The translations under genes were made by a program, and so were the position numbers. From contig NC_002937.3 in assembly GCF_000195755.1 (NCBI RefSeq), forward strand, positions 1-32,000: 32,000 nucleotides of DNA, written 5' to 3'. Below are positions 24,857 to 32,000 of this stretch, piece by piece (within the stretch, counting starts at the first letter, position 1; every line of letters begins with the position of its first letter). The notes beneath the pieces were generated by a model that was given only the letters and a program-made list of their open reading frames with translations, was not told where the DNA came from and did not search any database. Origin of the DNA: Nitratidesulfovibrio vulgaris str. Hildenborough (GTDB taxonomy: Bacteria; Desulfobacterota; Desulfovibrionia; Desulfovibrionales; Desulfovibrionaceae).

Positions 24857-27307
24857 CTACGCGTCCGGATGGGCTTCGGGGGGCAGCAGCGTGCCCTGAT
24901 CCATGGCGCGTATGGCAAGGCGCATGGCATCCGTCTCGGGCACAGGGCGCGAGAAAAGGTAGCCTTGCAGGTAGTCGCACCCGAGACGCGCCAGAAGATT
25001 GGCCTGCGCGTGGGTCTCCACGCCTTCGGCCACTATCTTGCAGCCCAGGCTATGGGCCAGTTGTACTGTGGAACGCACGATGGCGCGCATCCTGTCGCGC
25101 AGGTGCACTTCGTCTATGAGCGACTTGTCGATCTTGATCACCCTGAAGTGCTCACTGGCGAGGTACTGGATGTTGGAATATCCGGCACCGTAGTCGTCGA
25201 TGGCGAAGTTGAGGCCACGTTTGGCCAGGGTCTCGAGTCTGCCCATGAGCTCAGCCCCGGTGGAGATGAGGGCCGATTCGGTGACTTCGAGCGTGATGCG
25301 GTCTCCGGGTACCGAGACGGCGTCGAGCACGCTTTCTATGTCGGAGAGGAAATCCTGCGCCATGAGATGTGCCGGGGAGATGTTCACTCCGAAGCGCAAT
25401 CCGGGCGTGAGGAGTCCTGCCTCACCGAAGCGTCTGACGCATGCCCCGGCCTCGCGCAGGGCGAAGTCGCCCAGCAGCCCCACGTGTCCCGTCTGTTCCG
25501 CCACGGTGATGAAGGTGGCGGGCGACAGTGACCCGTGACGTGGGTGGTTCCAGCGCATCAGGGCTTCGAAGGAGTGCAGCGAACCGTCACTGGCGTTGAC
25601 GATGGGCTGGTAGACCATATGCAGTTGCCCGGTCGCCGCCGCGAGGGGAAGTTCGCGTTCGATGTCGAGTCGCAGCATGTAGCTGTCGAGATGCAGGGGC
25701 CGGAAGATGCTGATGCGCCCGAAGCCGCGCTCCTTGGAGCGGTGCATGGCTGCATTGGCGTTGCGGATGATGACATCGGGGCTTTCGCCCGGGTCGCCCA
25801 CGAAGAGCACCCCGGCACTGGCTGAAAGGCGAACCTCTCGACCGTTGATGTCATAGGGTGTGCCAAGATGGGCGAGCAGTGCGCGGGTGTCGCGCACGAC
25901 GTTGTGCGTGGCCGACGCGTCGGGGACGACGACGAATTCGTCACCGCCCACCCGTGCACAGAAGGCGTGCAGGGGGTGCATGAACGCACCGAGGCGTGCG
26001 GCGAAGGCGGCGATGACGTTGTCGCCCCACGTGTGCCCCATGCTGTCATTGATGGCCTTGAAACGGTCGATGTCGATGAAGATGACGGCGACGGTTTCGC
26101 TGGCCCCCTCTTCGAGCCTGTCGAGGCGCGCAGCCAGCATCTCGTGCAGGGCCTTGCGATTGGCAAGCCCCGTGAGGTCGTCGTGGGTGGCGAACCATGC
26201 CAGTTCCTGTTCGCGCTGGGATATGGCCTGGGCCATGCGTGTGACGGCGGTCTGCAATCCGCCTATCTCGCGCACCGACTCCATCGCCGTTTCGGGAAGA
26301 GGTTGCCCGGCTTCGATGGCCTGCACCTTGCGCGTGAGGCTTTCCAGCGGGTGGACGATGCGCCGGTTGGCTGCGGCAAGGGCCGCCAGCGCGACACACA
26401 GGGTACCGAGTAGCAGCGGGGTCACGCCACGCAGGGTGGAGAGGGAGAAGAAGCTCTCATCAGGGGTGGAGACAAGGAGGTACAGGTACGGTGCCTCGCC
26501 GGTTGCAAGGCGTTTTGCCATGACGGAAACGGCGTGGCGGGTGCCGCCGAACTCAAGCCACGCGCGTCTGCCATCAGCGCAATCCCTGAGGTCTGCCGGG
26601 GGTATGTGCACAGGGTGCCGCCCACCTGAAGGCAGGTGCTCATATACAGAATCGCCGTTGCGGTCGAGGACGAAGACGGTCAACCCGTCGCTACGGGGCC
26701 CCGCCTTGCGCAGCATGTCGCCGAAGACCTCGCCGTTGAAACCCGCGAAGACGACCCCGGAGTGCGCCTCCTCGTCGCTACGGACGGCAAGTGCGAAATA
26801 CAGGGCAATCTGGCCCGTATGGCGGCTGACGAGGCCTTCACTGGCTACCATGCCCTCGGTGGCGAGGCTGGTCGAGAAATACGCCCTGTCCGCCACGTTG
26901 ATGCCTTCGGGCAGGCTTGCGCTGGAGGAAATGACGTCGCCGTTGGGGTTGGCCACATGGAATTCGAGAAATTGCTTGCCGAAGGCGCGTGAGGCCTGAA
27001 GCAGGCGTGTCCAGCGTGTGGCGTCATCGGCATCTGCGCCGCCATTGGCCGCGATGACCTCCAGCGACTGGGCGAGGGCGTCCACGACCTCGTCCACTTG
27101 CAGACCCATGCCCTCGACGAGGCCCGCACGCATCATGTTCTCTTCTTCACTGATGCGCGATTGTGTCGACGCCATGAGCATGAGGATGGAGACGACGGCA
27201 GGAAGCAGCATGCCCAGCACCAGTGTGATGACCGTCATGGAGACGGTCGGGGATGACGCGTATCTTGGACTGTTGCCCTGCGCATCATTCATGGAAGCAG
27301 TGGACAT
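24857..27307 (-). CDS. Membrane sensor with GGDEF and EAL domains (diguanylate cyclase / phosphodiesterase)
   Basis: 816 aa. ATG 27307 with GGAG 5 nt upstream. TM (VITLVLGMLLPAVVSILMLMA), a ~260-aa extracytoplasmic Cache-like region, second TM (LLLGTLCVALAALAAA), a HAMP-like segment, intact GGDEF (ARVGGDEFVVV) and intact EAL (FEALMRW, DDYGAGYS, KIDKSLI). Confidence 0.92.
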   Translation of the reverse strand: MSTASMNDAQGNSPRYASSPTVSMTVITLVLGMLLPAVVSILMLMASTQSRISEEENMMRAGLVEGMGLQVDEVVDALAQSLEVIAANGGADADDATRWTRLLQASRAFGKQFLEFHVANPNGDVISSSASLPEGINVADRAYFSTSLATEGMVASEGLVSRHTGQIALYFALAVRSDEEAHSGVVFAGFNGEVFGDMLRKAGPRSDGLTVFVLDRNGDSVYEHLPSGGRHPVHIPPADLRDCADGRRAWLEFGGTRHAVSVMAKRLATGEAPYLYLLVSTPDESFFSLSTLRGVTPLLLGTLCVALAALAAANRRIVHPLESLTRKVQAIEAGQPLPETAMESVREIGGLQTAVTRMAQAISQREQELAWFATHDDLTGLANRKALHEMLAARLDRLEEGASETVAVIFIDIDRFKAINDSMGHTWGDNVIAAFAARLGAFMHPLHAFCARVGGDEFVVVPDASATHNVVRDTRALLAHLGTPYDINGREVRLSASAGVLFVGDPGESPDVIIRNANAAMHRSKERGFGRISIFRPLHLDSYMLRLDIERELPLAAATGQLHMVYQPIVNASDGSLHSFEALMRWNHPRHGSLSPATFITVAEQTGHVGLLGDFALREAGACVRRFGEAGLLTPGLRFGVNISPAHLMAQDFLSDIESVLDAVSVPGDRITLEVTESALISTGAELMGRLETLAKRGLNFAIDDYGAGYSNIQYLASEHFRVIKIDKSLIDEVHLRDRMRAIVRSTVQLAHSLGCKIVAEGVETHAQANLLARLGCDYLQGYLFSRPVPETDAMRLAIRAMDQGTLLPPEAHPDA

Positions 27308-27413
27308 CGATGCTCCATCGCGGTGTACTGCAAAGGGTAGGGTAATCCCTTATGGCAAGGAAGGGGACAAGGGGTGCGTTTTCAACACATCGCGTTCCTT
27401 GTCAAGTCGATGG

Positions 27414-27442
27414 TTGACGAGATGAGGATTCTTTATTAGTAA
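27414..27442 (+). promoter_or_regulatory. Candidate sigma70-type promoter of the small wHTH gene
   Basis: TTGACG (27414-27419), 17-nt spacer, TAGTAA (27437-27442), in a locally AT-rich stretch about 25 nt upstream of the ATG at 27468. Confidence 0.45.
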
Positions 27443-27467
27443 TAGGTATCAATAAATGGAGGTCATC

Positions 27468-27638
27468 ATGGAAGACAAGGTGTTGCAGGCGATGAAGGAC
27501 GCGGGAAAGCCCGTGCGTCCCGGTGATGTGGCAAAGGCACTCGGCGTGGATGGCAAGGAAGTCTCCAAGGCCATCGATGCTCTCAAGAAGTCCGGCAGGG
27601 TGGTATCGCCCAAACGGTGCTTCTACGAACCCGCGTAG
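27468..27638 (+). CDS. Stand-alone 56-aa winged-helix/HTH-like protein
   Basis: ATG 27468 has GGAGG 5 nt upstream; the track starts at ATG 27456, which overlaps that SD. MEDKVLQAMKDAGKPVRPGDVAKALGVDGKEVSKAIDALKKSGRVVSPKRCFYEP shows a helix - HTH - beta-wing pattern. A strong terminator follows. Confidence 0.6.
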   Translation: MEDKVLQAMKDAGKPVRPGDVAKALGVDGKEVSKAIDALKKSGRVVSPKRCFYEPA

Positions 27639-27655
27639 GCTTCACGACGCGTTTG

Positions 27656-27696
27656 CGCCCCGCGAGGTATTCCTTCGCGGGGCGTGTCTTTTTTTT
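27656..27696 (+). terminator. Rho-independent terminator of the small wHTH gene
   Basis: CGCCCCGCGA-loop-TCGCGGGGCG 10-bp stem (27656-27665 / 27675-27684) followed by TGTCTTTTTTTT. Confidence 0.85.
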
Positions 27697-27713
27697 GAGG
27701 GGGGCTTCCGGCG

Positions 27714-29873
27714 TTACCGAGGGTCTGCTGTAGTGCCTTCGTCACGCGGGAGTCTGATGGTGAGGCGGGTGCCCTCTCCGGGTCGGCTGGCGCATTCGAT
27801 CGTGCCGCCGTGGTTGGTGGTTATGATGAAATAGGCGATGGCAAGACCCATGCCCACGCCCTTTCCCGCGTCCCGCGTCGAGAAGAACGGCTCGAAGATG
27901 CGTTTGCGCACTGCGGGTGAGATGCCGGGGCCGTTGTCGATGACGTCGACCCTGACTTCGGAGGGCAGCACCCGGGTGACGATGTGCAACTCCGGCGAGA
28001 TGCCCTCCGGATAGGTCTTGTCCCTCATGGCCTGGGCCGCATTGCGGAACAGGTTGAGGAACACCTGCTCGAGTTCAGCTGGGATGCAGCTGATGATGTC
28101 GTCCGTCGGGTCGTAGTCGCGAACGATGCCCAGGGTCCTGAAGTCGTGGTTCATGTTGTCGGAGTAATCGTTGCCTGCCAGCGCAAGGGCACGATCGATG
28201 ATGGTGGTGAGGCCGATGGCGGTGCGCTCGCCTTGCGATGGGCGGATGAACTCGAGCATGTGGGCCACGAGGGACGCGGCACGCGCTCCGGCGTTCTGGA
28301 TGCCGTCGAGAAAGCCGGGAATGCCTCTGGCGACCATATAGGACTGCATCGCGTCGAGGGGGCAATGTGCCTCTTCCGCGGCAGCCCTGTTGGCTGGCAG
28401 TGCAGGGTCGAGACGTCTCTGGATGTTCTGGGCCCCCTGAAGGATGGCGCCGAGGGGGTTGTTCATCTCGTGGGCCATGCCAGCGGCCAGCCCCCCGATG
28501 GAGAGCATCTTTTCGGACTGGAGCAGAGCCTCTTCGAGGCGCACCCTGCGGGTGACATCATCCACGCGCATCACGAGAACGTCCGCGACTCCTGCCGTGA
28601 ACGTCTGCACATCGACATGGTGCATCCCGTCGTCCCGATACACCGAGAGTCGGCTGAAGGTGTCTGGAGTGCGGTGTTCCAGCGCCAGAAGCAGTCTGGG
28701 GTCGTCTCCTGCGAGAAGGCGCGTGGCATCGCGTGCAGGCATGTCCAGTGCGTCCTCGGCAGCGACGCCTGTCATGGACTCGGCTACCCTGTTCCACTGG
28801 ACGACCCGGCCCTGCACGTCGAAGCCCACAAGGGCCGAGGGCATGGCTTCGAGTACATCATGCAGGAAGTCGCGCATGTCACGCAGGGCTTCGCTGATGG
28901 CCTGCTGTTCGGTGACGTCGAAGATGACGCCGTCGAGATAGCGCACGTTGCCAGTGCTGTCCTTCACGGGGCGACCATATTCCATCATATGGCGCGTCTC
29001 ACCGTGTGCCGTGATGATGCGGTACGAAAGTGAAAAGTGCCCGTCAGGCGCGTTGATGGCTTCAATGACAGGGTGGTTCAGCATGGCGCGGTCGTCCGGG
29101 TGCACGATGGATTCCCACGTGAGGGTCCCGTCCGTGAAGCGGCTGACGGGAATGCCCGTGATGTTCGCGGCCCCGGCAGAGAGAAACTGCATGTGCCACG
29201 GGGGGGTGCTGGAACAGCGGTAGACGGCCCCGGGGATGTTGGTGACGAGTGTGCTGAAGCGACGTTCGCTCTCTTCGAGGGCGCGTCTGGCTTCCATCAG
29301 GTCGGTCACGTCGAGACACGAGATGCAGAAGCCCGCGTAGTGTCCGTGCGTGTCGTGGTAGGGGCGGCCTTCTGCCACCATGTGCCGGACGACGCCGTCA
29401 TGGCGTGTCATGGGGAACGTCATGGTGCAGGGGCGGCGAGCACTGGCCCCGGTGCGGGCGAAGTCTCTCGCCGCGTCGCGCCCCGCGGCGGCGATGGCAT
29501 AGAGCCAGCCGTCGCCGCGGGCTGCTTCGTTCGAATGTCCAGTGAAGTGACGCCAGCGTGCGTTCACCCAGATGCAGGCCCCTTGCGTGTCGGAAAGCCA
29601 TAGCAGGGCGGGGCCGGCGTCCGCCACGGCTTCGACAAGGTGCGCAGGGGCACGGTTGTGCCGGTGCGGTGAGCTGGCACGAAGTCTCCACAGGGTGAGG
29701 AGTACGACGCAAAGCGCAGCACCGGCAGTGGTGGCGATGACGAAGCCCAGTCCGGATGCGTCGGTGGCAGGGGGAGGCTGGGCGGTCGCTGCCAAGGCTG
29801 CCGAGGACAGGCAGGCTGCGCATCCGTGCAGGATGGCCGCTCCAAGGCATCGTTGGAACTGGACACAAGACAT
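27714..29873 (-). CDS. Multi-PAS sensor histidine kinase (NtrB/AtoS-type HisKA)
   Basis: ATG 29873 with GGAG 7 nt upstream; the track ORF is open to 30002. 719 aa. Two N-terminal hydrophobic segments with a very short loop between them, three PAS-like modules (LLWLSDTQGACIWVNARWRHFTG; FSTLVTNIPGAVYRC; LEAMPSALVGFDVQGRVVQWNRVAESMTG), H-box GMAHEMNNPLGAI, N-box NLFRNAAQAM, G-boxes DNGPGI and GVGMGLAIAY. Confidence 0.9.
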   Translation of the reverse strand: MSCVQFQRCLGAAILHGCAACLSSAALAATAQPPPATDASGLGFVIATTAGAALCVVLLTLWRLRASSPHRHNRAPAHLVEAVADAGPALLWLSDTQGACIWVNARWRHFTGHSNEAARGDGWLYAIAAAGRDAARDFARTGASARRPCTMTFPMTRHDGVVRHMVAEGRPYHDTHGHYAGFCISCLDVTDLMEARRALEESERRFSTLVTNIPGAVYRCSSTPPWHMQFLSAGAANITGIPVSRFTDGTLTWESIVHPDDRAMLNHPVIEAINAPDGHFSLSYRIITAHGETRHMMEYGRPVKDSTGNVRYLDGVIFDVTEQQAISEALRDMRDFLHDVLEAMPSALVGFDVQGRVVQWNRVAESMTGVAAEDALDMPARDATRLLAGDDPRLLLALEHRTPDTFSRLSVYRDDGMHHVDVQTFTAGVADVLVMRVDDVTRRVRLEEALLQSEKMLSIGGLAAGMAHEMNNPLGAILQGAQNIQRRLDPALPANRAAAEEAHCPLDAMQSYMVARGIPGFLDGIQNAGARAASLVAHMLEFIRPSQGERTAIGLTTIIDRALALAGNDYSDNMNHDFRTLGIVRDYDPTDDIISCIPAELEQVFLNLFRNAAQAMRDKTYPEGISPELHIVTRVLPSEVRVDVIDNGPGISPAVRKRIFEPFFSTRDAGKGVGMGLAIAYFIITTNHGGTIECASRPGEGTRLTIRLPRDEGTTADPR

Positions 29874-29979
29874 CGTGCGCTCCGGTCGGTTTTGTCGGTC
29901 GGGGCGAGGGGGAGGGTCAGCTGTCCCGATGGCAGTACCGACAGGACCAGTGTGCCGTAAAACCCGGGTTACTGGTATG

Positions 29980-30045
29980 AAAAAAACGACATCGCGTCTC
30001 ATGTCTTGACAAAATAGAAGGACTGGGGCAATTTCGCACCTCGCT
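29980..30045 (+). promoter_or_regulatory. Candidate promoter of tRNA-Ala copy 2
   Basis: A7 tract (29980-29986), perfect TTGACA (30005-30010), 17-nt spacer ending in GGGG, -10-like CAATTT (30028-30033). Same layout as upstream of copy 1. Confidence 0.45.
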
Positions 30046-30121
<76 letters not shown>

Positions 30122-30132
30122 AGAGATTTTCT

Positions 30133-30170
30133 GAAAGACCCGGTCGGCATATGTCGATCGGGTCTTTCGT
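30133..30170 (+). terminator. Candidate terminator after tRNA-Ala copy 2
   Basis: AAAGACCCGGTCG-GCATATGT-CGATCGGGTCTTT hairpin (one G:U pair) followed by CGTCGTT. The T tract is weak. Confidence 0.5.
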
Positions 30171-30486
30171 CGTTCGTGGGGCCCGAAGGGCTTGCCCATT
30201 CCGGGCAGGCGGGGCATGCAGGCTGAACGCTCATCAACGCGATTGTCGTGAAATCTTTCTGGATTCTGCCGGTGCTCATCAATGATTGCGAGGTGTTAGG
30301 CTTGGCTGTGTGCAGTCGGTCGTACGGGTTCGACCGGGCACGCATGCTGACCGGGCAGGATTGGCGGCAGTACGGACTCTTTTGCCGCCCGTGACGCCAG
30401 CCTGTGACACTGGCAGGCGGACAAGCCCATGACAGGCGCACTGCACCACGGTCGGGGCGAGGCGCAGCAACCGGAGGCTGAAGACA

Positions 30487-31059
30487 TTGCACATCATCCT
30501 TGCCACGGAGATATGGGGGCACACCCCGCATGTGGATACGCTGGCTGAACGATTGCGCTCCTGTGCATCCGACGTGGTTGTCATCGACCCCTACGACGGC
30601 ACCGACCCGGATTTCGGCTGTGAACAGGACGCCTACGCGGCGTATTGCAGGCAGTGCGGGCATGAGGCGTTCGCCGCACGCGTCGAGCAGGCGCTGGTGC
30701 GTGCCGGGGTTGATACCGTACTCGTGGGCTTCAGTGCCGGGGCGACGGCGGTGTGGTCCGTGTTGTGTGCGGCGGAATGTGAGGCACGTGGCGGCGTAGG
30801 GTTCTACGGTTCGGGCATCCGAACGCTGCTTGACCGCACTCCACGCGCTCCCGTCGAACTGGTGTTCCCTGCCTACGAAGAGCATTTCGACGTGGGCACC
30901 GTAGTGGACAGCCTCGCAGCGCAACCAGACGTGCGTTGTCATGTGGTGCCTCAGGGGCACGGTTTCATGAACCCCCTCGCGGCCCACTTCGACCCTTCGG
31001 CCCATGAAGCGTGGACCTCGTGGCTGGTGCGCCGGGTGGCTGCGTTCACAGCATCCTGA
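30487..31059 (+). CDS. Dienelactone-hydrolase-fold alpha/beta hydrolase
   Basis: TTG start 30487 with GGAGG (30473-30477) 9 nt upstream. 190 aa. N-terminus HIILATEIWGHTPHV is DLH-like, nucleophile elbow GFSAGA (GxSxG), C-terminal PQGHGFMNP. Confidence 0.65.
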   Translation: MHIILATEIWGHTPHVDTLAERLRSCASDVVVIDPYDGTDPDFGCEQDAYAAYCRQCGHEAFAARVEQALVRAGVDTVLVGFSAGATAVWSVLCAAECEARGGVGFYGSGIRTLLDRTPRAPVELVFPAYEEHFDVGTVVDSLAAQPDVRCHVVPQGHGFMNPLAAHFDPSAHEAWTSWLVRRVAAFTAS

Positions 31060-31220
31060 TATCGCTGTGCCAAGGCGTCGGTGTGGACTGCGGAGGGCGA
31101 ACGACGGTTCGGTCTGCATGCATTCCGCGCTACGACGCCCTTGTCAGCCAGCCAGCGGATAGGAGTCGTTTCGCGAAGTCATCTCGTCCTGCCTTGGGAA
31201 CGCGAATCATCAGAGACAGG

Positions 31221-31246
31221 AAAAGGCCCGCCGAAGCGGGCCTTTC
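31221..31246 (-). terminator. Rho-independent terminator of the permease gene
   Basis: On the - strand, AAAGGCCCGC-TTCG-GCGGGCCTTT hairpin followed by TTCCTG (TTTT including the stem end). Confidence 0.7.
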
Positions 31247-31277
31247 GTACTCGTATCGTCTGTGTCCCGCTACGCGG

Positions 31278-32000
31278 CTACATGAAGAAGAGCCACGTCA
31301 CGAGGATGAAGCACGGGACGAGAATGCCGCACGACCATGCCATGTAGCCGAAGAAGCTGGGCATGGGCACGCCCTGTTCTTCGGCGATGGAACGCACCAT
31401 GAAGTTGGGCGCGTTGCCGATGTAGGTGTTGGCGCCCATGAACACCGCGCCGGCGGAGATGGCGGCGAGGGTCTCGGGGATGTCGTTCATGAGGTGCATG
31501 GCGTCGCCACCAGCCGTGTTGAAGAACACGAGGTAGGTGGGGGCGTTGTCGAGGAAGCTGGACAGGATGCCGGTCAGCCAGAAGTACATGGTGTTCACGG
31601 GCTGCCCGTCGTGGGTCACCATGTTGATGACCGGTGCCAGTGCGCCCGCTTCGCCAGCCTTGAGGATGGCGATGGCGGGAATCATGCTCACGAAGATGCC
31701 CGCGAAGAGCTTGGCGACTTCCTCGATGGGACCCCATGTGAACTCGTTCAGGCGGCGGCATTCAGTGCTGGTGAGTTTGAGAGACAGGGCGGCGATACCC
31801 AGCAGGCCGAGGTCGCGGGCGAGGTTCTGCAGTTCGACTTCGATGCCGTACACGTTGAAGGCGACTTCGGGCTTCCACAGGCCGGACATGAGCACCAGCG
31901 CCACCACGCCGCCAAGCAGCGGCAGGTTGACCACGCCGTCGAGTCCCAGCTTTTCGCCGGATTCGGCATTGGGGGGCACGGGACGCCCTTCACGGTTGAA
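31278..32000 (-). CDS. ArsB/NhaD-superfamily permease (citrate-transporter-like / Na+/H+ antiporter-like), C-terminal part only
   Basis: Frame is open to the window edge (FNREGRPVPPNAESGEK...), so the 5' end lies outside the window. Polytopic membrane sequence with FLDNAPTYLVFF and GANTYIGNAPNFMV motifs typical of this superfamily. Confidence 0.7.
   Translation of the reverse strand, partial: FNREGRPVPPNAESGEKLGLDGVVNLPLLGGVVALVLMSGLWKPEVAFNVYGIEVELQNLARDLGLLGIAALSLKLTSTECRRLNEFTWGPIEEVAKLFAGIFVSMIPAIAILKAGEAGALAPVINMVTHDGQPVNTMYFWLTGILSSFLDNAPTYLVFFNTAGGDAMHLMNDIPETLAAISAGAVFMGANTYIGNAPNFMVRSIAEEQGVPMPSFFGYMAWSCGILVPCFILVTWLFFM

Noticed and set aside
19971-30045. The tRNA-bracketed block as a classical integrative genomic island or prophage remnant.
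   Set aside because: No integrase, excisionase, transposase, phage or conjugation gene is present. Both boundaries are complete tRNA genes with their own promoters and terminators, not a tRNA plus a partial att repeat. I kept it only as a recombination/duplication observation.

Overview
High-GC bacterial chromosomal window. By hand count, G+C is 40/60 in a dnaA sample. It opens with the replication-initiation cluster dnaA-dnaN-gyrB-gyrA on the + strand, with no recF, followed by a TPR lipoprotein gene 2 nt after gyrA. Next come a universal stress protein and asnS on the - strand, then a 743-bp locally AT-rich non-coding gap, then a dctPQM TRAP transporter operon (-). After that: a divergent MerR-like HTH protein of unknown function, a PhoR-type histidine kinase, infA and lgt. 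Two 100% identical tRNA-Ala(GGC) genes (19895-19970 and 30046-30121) bracket about 10 kb. That interval encodes a tandem-Cache chemoreceptor, a nigerythrin-type rubrerythrin, an orphan SAM-methyltransferase-like protein, a GGDEF/EAL protein, a 56-aa winged-helix protein and a multi-PAS histidine kinase. The window ends with a dienelactone-hydrolase-fold protein and the 3' part of an ArsB/NhaD-type permease. Gene order, GC content and nigerythrin point to a Desulfovibrio vulgaris-like sulfate reducer, with the window probably starting at conventional chromosome coordinate 1; both points are inference. I found no CRISPR array, transposase, integrase, phage gene or recognisable defence, toxin-antitoxin or biosynthetic cluster, so I cannot support a claim of a defined novel multi-gene system. 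The best unexplained signals are: (1) the AT-rich gap, which carries a roughly 45-bp imperfect direct repeat with an exact 16-bp palindrome-containing core; (2) the identical tRNA pair with matching promoter architecture around a sensory and oxidative-stress module; (3) the MerR-HTH/coiled-coil/unknown-domain protein about 15 kb from dnaA; (4) a stand-alone 56-aa wHTH gene with its own strong promoter and terminator. The many long antisense ORFs in the track are treated as high-GC artefacts.
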